From: a virus
Taxonomy: Duplodnaviria > Caudoviricetes
IMG/VR virus record: IMGVR_UViG_3300021081_000002
Span: 1-57,647 of that record
Direction: 5' to 3' (one strand)
Length of the DNA: 57,647 nucleotides
Translations under genes and position numbers: made by a program
Part shown: positions 52,991 to 57,647 of the stretch, in pieces
Layout of the letters: each line of letters opens with the position of its first letter
Numbering within the stretch: position 1 is the stretch's first letter
The notes under the pieces: model-generated
The model's database searches: none
The model's input: only the letters and a program-made list of their open reading frames with translations
What the model was told of the DNA's origin: nothing

Positions 52991-55117
52991 CTATTTCCCT
53001 GCGGGCTTCTTTGAGCCTGCCGCAGAAGTCTTCTTTTGTGCAGCGGCCTTCTCTTTCTGGGCTTGTGCACTGATCTTTGTTTTTTCGATATCGGTCTGGT
53101 TCTTGGCGTCACCCTTCGCCATATCCGTCTGTCCCTTAGCGCCGATCTGGGCCATGCCCTGTTCGGCCTGCTGGTCTGCAAGAGCCTGCTGTTGCATCAT
53201 CTCTTGCTGCATCCTGCGCTCTTGTTCCTGGACAGCGAACTCGATCTCTTCAGGAGTGAATCCAAGCTTCTCCATCGTCAACTGCAACCCGATGACATCG
53301 ACGAACTTACTCGCGGCGTCACTCTGCTCCGCTAGCGTCCGGCGCTCCGGGTCAGCCCATAGAGTAGAGGCTTCAGTACTGTTCGCTTTCTCTTTGTCAC
53401 CCTTGTAGGCGAAGGCAAGCTTTATCAACTTCTCATAGAACCAGCCCATCGCGTCGCATCGATCCCCGACCTTCATCACCAGAGCAATCTGGTCCTGGCT
53501 TAGCGTGTCGCCAGAGACGTTGACCATCCGGTTCATCAGATAGGTACCGGGCGTCTGGGTGATAGCGGCCATGTCGCCGACGTCATTCTTCACCGCTTCG
53601 AGTACCTGAGTGATGTCAGCTTGCTCGAAGTCACCGAACTTCGCTTCCGCGTTATCCGTGACCCATAGCATGTCCGCTCCGGGATCCCAGGCCGGGGCCT
53701 TGCTCCCCTTCGCACCCTTCTTCCCACGGGCGGGGGTCACACCACTGACCCACCGCTGGCGGTAGGCTTGGTTCTTCGTGATGATCAGCCGGTCGAGTAC
53801 GGTGTGGTTGATCCGGTCCTGGATGTCGAGGACGTTCTCATGCTCGGCCATACTCACAGGGCCGAACGACGGCTGCCACATCCCTTCGACTAGCGGCACC
53901 TCTCCGAGTTCATTCGGCTCGATCGAGACGAGCTTGAAGCCACCAGCGCGGGGATTCGACGCCCACTCTCGGGTAAGCTTGGCGACCTCCTCCGGAGAAC
54001 GGTCCACCCATCCAGGCCCAGTGAAGATGTAGGTGTATTCGGGGAGATAGAGGACAGCTACGACAACCTCTAACACCGAGTCTTGAAACAGCTTCAATCC
54101 AGCGATTGACTTCCCGAATCGAAGAGGGTCTCTTTCCGTGATGCAACATCTCGGGTCCTCTATCGAGATTCGGGGGTGCTCGTCGCCTTCCTCGGCGGGG
54201 CAGACGAGGCCGTAGCAGACGCCAAAGGTCGCGGCCATCTGGAGGTTCATCGGGCTCTGGAGATCCATGTCATTGGCATCCCAGATGTCTCCAGCTTCGC
54301 TGTCAGCGGCGTTAATCGTCGCTACTGGCGGCGGGGCGATGTCTGCGGGGTGAACCGAACGCGGATATTGTCCCGGCTTCCCGGGACCGTCATTCTGGCT
54401 ACCCTGGTCACCACGGGCAGCATCCCGAGGTTGCTGAGTATTGCCCTGCCCAGTTCGACTAGAAGCCCCATCTCTCGAAGAAGCCTGAGCCTGTCGTCCC
54501 CCTCCACCACTACCACTCCCCTGCTGCTTTTGCTGCTGGCGGTCACGCTGGGTCTGGTCCTGGTCGTACTGGTCTCGGTTAGCCTGCCGGTCCTGGTTCT
54601 GGTCGCGCTGTTGGGGGCGACCCTTACCGTCCTGCTGTGGCTTCCCACTGGGCTTCCGAGGGTCACCCCCCGCGCCATCCGGCTTCAGTGAGTTTCCCTG
54701 ACGCTGCGGGTTGTTTCTGGTGCCAGGATCACCCTCGCCCGCAGCCTTACCGAAGCGGAAGCCTCGTACCTTCATTCTCTGGATTGTCGCCTTGATGACC
54801 AGATCACAGTAATTCGTTGTAGCTTTTCTTTGAAGGTCCTCAAGTGCTCGTACATATCGCTTATCCAGATTAGGCAGAGGATGATTACCGACTGCGTATC
54901 GTTCGAGCGTGTCAAAGCGGGCCTGCCTATCCATCAGTCGGAGAACGAGCCTGTCCAACCACCACCACGGCGTCCCCGGTTCCCGGGATGCGTCCACTTC
55001 CTCGGGGGTCGTCAGGGGTGCGATCTTCGCCTTGAAGGGATTCTTCTCTTCGTCCAACGGCGACTTATTCTCGGTGAGGACGACAGAGTCGGTTACCTTT
55101 TGCAGAGGTAGGGTCAT
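52991..55117 (-). CDS. Portal protein (SPP1 gp6-like) with low-complexity insertion
   Basis: YA.G.H.L, NYC.LV, GFR, W.AND, QDRIN, QRW, W.DPE.RT. Confidence 0.9.
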   Translation of the reverse strand: MTLPLQKVTDSVVLTENKSPLDEEKNPFKAKIAPLTTPEEVDASREPGTPWWWLDRLVLRLMDRQARFDTLERYAVGNHPLPNLDKRYVRALEDLQRKATTNYCDLVIKATIQRMKVRGFRFGKAAGEGDPGTRNNPQRQGNSLKPDGAGGDPRKPSGKPQQDGKGRPQQRDQNQDRQANRDQYDQDQTQRDRQQQKQQGSGSGGGGRQAQASSRDGASSRTGQGNTQQPRDAARGDQGSQNDGPGKPGQYPRSVHPADIAPPPVATINAADSEAGDIWDANDMDLQSPMNLQMAATFGVCYGLVCPAEEGDEHPRISIEDPRCCITERDPLRFGKSIAGLKLFQDSVLEVVVAVLYLPEYTYIFTGPGWVDRSPEEVAKLTREWASNPRAGGFKLVSIEPNELGEVPLVEGMWQPSFGPVSMAEHENVLDIQDRINHTVLDRLIITKNQAYRQRWVSGVTPARGKKGAKGSKAPAWDPGADMLWVTDNAEAKFGDFEQADITQVLEAVKNDVGDMAAITQTPGTYLMNRMVNVSGDTLSQDQIALVMKVGDRCDAMGWFYEKLIKLAFAYKGDKEKANSTEASTLWADPERRTLAEQSDAASKFVDVIGLQLTMEKLGFTPEEIEFAVQEQERRMQQEMMQQQALADQQAEQGMAQIGAKGQTDMAKGDAKNQTDIEKTKISAQAQKEKAAAQKKTSAAGSKKPAGK

Positions 55118-55569
55118 TAGAGCCTCCCTTCAATCAAATATCTAGTCATGTTCTGAAGTAGCTCGGGAGAATCTTTGGCGTACCCGAGCGCACTATTACA
55201 TGACCGACAAAGGAGGCCCCTTATGCATCTACCACAAGAAGTATTCCCAGGACAACACGAATGGTCATGATCTATAGAAAGTTCCGAACCGGTCTTGCAT
55301 GGCTTATAGCAGGTGGCACAAACCCCACCCTGGAATAGATATAGATCCTCGAACTGAGCTTCGGTCAGAGAATGTCGCTTAAGATTGCTTCGTCTTCCGC
55401 GACCGGCATGCATCCGATTTCGTTGACCTTCGCGATACTCTGGGGTCCGCTTCCTAACCAACGCACAGTCTAAACAGGTCCAGCGACGAAGAGTGTTTCC
55501 GGCAGTGGTTGTATATTCACGAAAACGTTCCAGTGGCCTCTCGACCCCGCACTTATTACAGAGTCTCAT
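55117..55569 (-). CDS. Endonuclease VII-like free-standing endonuclease
   Basis: QGGVCATC, IDHDHSCC, SCGRCIRGLLCRSCN. Start placed at MRLCNKC. Confidence 0.88.
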   Translation of the reverse strand: MRLCNKCGVERPLERFREYTTTAGNTLRRWTCLDCALVRKRTPEYREGQRNRMHAGRGRRSNLKRHSLTEAQFEDLYLFQGGVCATCYKPCKTGSELSIDHDHSCCPGNTSCGRCIRGLLCRSCNSALGYAKDSPELLQNMTRYLIEGRL

Positions 55570-55577
55570 AAGCCCCC

Positions 55578-57176
55578 TTAAAATGAATACAGCGTACCGA
55601 CCTTTGACTTCATGGCCCCTTCTTCGATCGCGAGGATTCCAGCCTCCCAAGCCAACACGGCAGCTTGCGCGCCAATGATATAGCGAGTAGTATGTCGTGT
55701 CTCCTGGCGAATAGTGTAGCCGGTGGGAGTTTCCACTTCGTGACAATTAAGAACGTGTCGCGAGATCTGATCATCGTTGTATTTAAGCCTCTTGCCGACA
55801 ACAGCAGATTCAAAGGCTTCACAATATCTACTCATCTTCGTCTTGTTCTGGACGGAGGTCTCTTCGATAACGTCCTCGTAGTCAATCGACCACCGGCCGA
55901 TGATGTCCTGGAACGACTGTTGGTCGGCTACGACTTTGTAGACGTCGTAGTCGTCGATGAGCTTTCGGATACGTTTGTCGACAGCAGTGGCACTGACTTC
56001 CCACTTCTCAGGGTCGCCGTCGGTTCTCTCCCAGTCCTTCCCGGAGAGGTTGAAGAGAGCGCCATCTGTCAGCCGGCAGGCCACGATCACACAAGCTTTG
56101 GACGGTGTGATCTTAAATCCGAGGGCAATCTGGTCGGTCTTCTTCAGTTTGATTGAGTCATCACGACAGGCTTTCCACTCGTGGGGTTTGAGCCACGTCG
56201 TATGCCCGCTGATCCGTTGGTTGAAGTAGAACCGCCTGGCCATGTGCTCACGGCAGCTTGGGTCGAGGATCTCATCCCAGATACGATCGAGGTTTACCCA
56301 TCCACCGTTGTCTTTGGCGGCGTCACCATAGACGTACCGCAGCGCCGGGAATGCTTTTTCTTTGTCGTAGATGTCCTCGACGAACACCTCTCGGGTGTCA
56401 AGGAGGATCTTGACGTAGCTCCCGTCGACCCCCGCAGCGGCCAACCCAGCTACCTGCTTAACCACCGCTTCGTGGCTGTCTTCAGCGACGCTCATCTCAC
56501 CAGGGACGGGGGCGTTCGTCGTCTCGACGATCCGGTTGTCCATCTTCACAGCGTTACGACGCAGGGCGTCCATCAGCTCCGGGCCATTCTCAGCAGGGAC
56601 CCACAAGTGGGTCTCGTCGCAGACTACAAACGTCACCCGCTGGCCTTCACGACCACGTGGGCTAGCGGTTACCTTCTGGATGATGCCGTTGTCGTGGGTG
56701 TGGACCTTCGACAACATGACACAACCTTTGAGGTCATAAGCTATGTACGCCAGTCCCTCATTCAGCATTTCCATGACGAGGTAGTATGTGTTGTTCGCCT
56801 GGTCTTCGGAGATAGCTGCAATCTGAATCAGTGGGGTGTACTCAGGCCGGCCGATTGGCTGTCCGGTTTCATCGAAGTGACTGAATCGGACCGGCCCGAG
56901 GAGTTCTGCACAACACAGAGCGGCGAGAAGTGGACTCTTTCCCCAACCTTTCGCTCTTTCAAGGATAGCTCTATTGAAGACGAATTCACCATTTGGCTTT
57001 ATAGCATAAAGCCTTAAAACAAAGAGAGCCTGCTCATTAGTGAATCTCCAATTGTCTCCCTTTGTTTTTCCATCCGGTTGTCCTAAATAGGTAGTACACC
57101 AATTGAGGACCGACCAGCCGAGACTTTTAACTTTGCCGCTAGTGAAATCCTCAATCTCAGGGAGTATCAGTTCCAT
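55578..57176 (-). CDS. Terminase large subunit
   Basis: RAKGWGKSP Walker A, VVCDETHLW Walker B, ETTNA, RRFYFNQ. Confidence 0.95.
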   Translation of the reverse strand: MELILPEIEDFTSGKVKSLGWSVLNWCTTYLGQPDGKTKGDNWRFTNEQALFVLRLYAIKPNGEFVFNRAILERAKGWGKSPLLAALCCAELLGPVRFSHFDETGQPIGRPEYTPLIQIAAISEDQANNTYYLVMEMLNEGLAYIAYDLKGCVMLSKVHTHDNGIIQKVTASPRGREGQRVTFVVCDETHLWVPAENGPELMDALRRNAVKMDNRIVETTNAPVPGEMSVAEDSHEAVVKQVAGLAAAGVDGSYVKILLDTREVFVEDIYDKEKAFPALRYVYGDAAKDNGGWVNLDRIWDEILDPSCREHMARRFYFNQRISGHTTWLKPHEWKACRDDSIKLKKTDQIALGFKITPSKACVIVACRLTDGALFNLSGKDWERTDGDPEKWEVSATAVDKRIRKLIDDYDVYKVVADQQSFQDIIGRWSIDYEDVIEETSVQNKTKMSRYCEAFESAVVGKRLKYNDDQISRHVLNCHEVETPTGYTIRQETRHTTRYIIGAQAAVLAWEAGILAIEEGAMKSKVGTLYSF

Positions 57177-57609
57177 TTCGACTCCAGTGATTGAGGTATT
57201 CTATTGACCTATGGAAGATCTCTATGGATTCACCCGCCCCTGCAATTAGCCAATTGCACTTATTGCAAAGAATTCCACGAATGCATTTTCCACAAGAAAG
57301 GTAGCCTGCGCAACAGTAGTGATCGTGATCAACGTGCATGTTTTTTAGGTTGCTATCGATCTTTCCACATATTGCGCAGCCGCCTTGTGCCTCCAGCATC
57401 TCATTAAACTGGTCGGCCGTCATCCCATAGGTTCGCTTAAGGTATTTGTTCCTAGCCGTGAGGGAGTCGTATGGATTACGCTTCGCGTACTCCCGCATCC
57501 AAGAGTTGAGACAGGATTTACACCTAGACTTTAGTCCGCTACTAACCCGAGAGTTTTTTCCAAAATTCTCTTCTGGAAGTGTCTCGTTGCATCCAGTACA
57601 CAACTTCAT
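57157..57609 (-). CDS. Endonuclease VII-like free-standing endonuclease
   Basis: QGGCAIC, HVDHDHYCC, SCGKCIRGILCNKCN. Lies between TerS and TerL. Confidence 0.88.
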   Translation of the reverse strand: MKLCTGCNETLPEENFGKNSRVSSGLKSRCKSCLNSWMREYAKRNPYDSLTARNKYLKRTYGMTADQFNEMLEAQGGCAICGKIDSNLKNMHVDHDHYCCAGYLSCGKCIRGILCNKCNWLIAGAGESIEIFHRSIEYLNHWSRNGTDTP

Positions 57610-57647
57610 CGGATTATCCTTCGGCTAGCTTCTTCGCAGTTGCAGCG
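57521..57647. repeat. Terminal direct repeat, copy 2
   Basis: Identical to 1-127. Confidence 0.95.

Overview
The window is a complete, circularly assembled dsDNA siphovirus genome of 57,520 bp; bases 1-127 repeat exactly at 57521-57647, which is an assembly overlap. Gene content points to an actinobacterial host, possibly a filamentous actinomycete (inference). The minus-strand arm starts at about 12.9 kb and wraps through the join to 37.6 kb. It encodes a three-domain endolysin, a multi-enzyme glycan cassette, two Gly-rich fibre proteins, terminases, portal, scaffold, capsid, a GT4 glycosyltransferase, neck/tail genes with a -1 frameshifted chaperone, a 1543-aa tape measure and a holin. The plus-strand arm (13.8-37.5 kb) encodes a membrane-anchored GGDEF protein, a DUF932 protein, DnaE, a clamp-like protein, a PRTase, a RecB/Cas4-like nuclease, helicase, split primase, nucleotide hydrolases, an exonuclease, a sigma-like factor and ThyX. 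No integrase was seen. The most unusual parts are non-coding: (i) a palindrome array plus a long TA/alternating purine-pyrimidine tract between the divergent arms; (ii) a structured ~1.1-kb leader with repeated GGA-loop hairpins just upstream of the diguanylate cyclase; (iii) two T-loop-containing tRNA-like RNAs, one with no anticodon arm; (iv) a duplicated ~40-bp promoter-like motif, each copy followed by a structured RNA. Two genes appear to need CTG and ATT starts. All family assignments come from motif recognition by eye; no database searches or folding programs were run.
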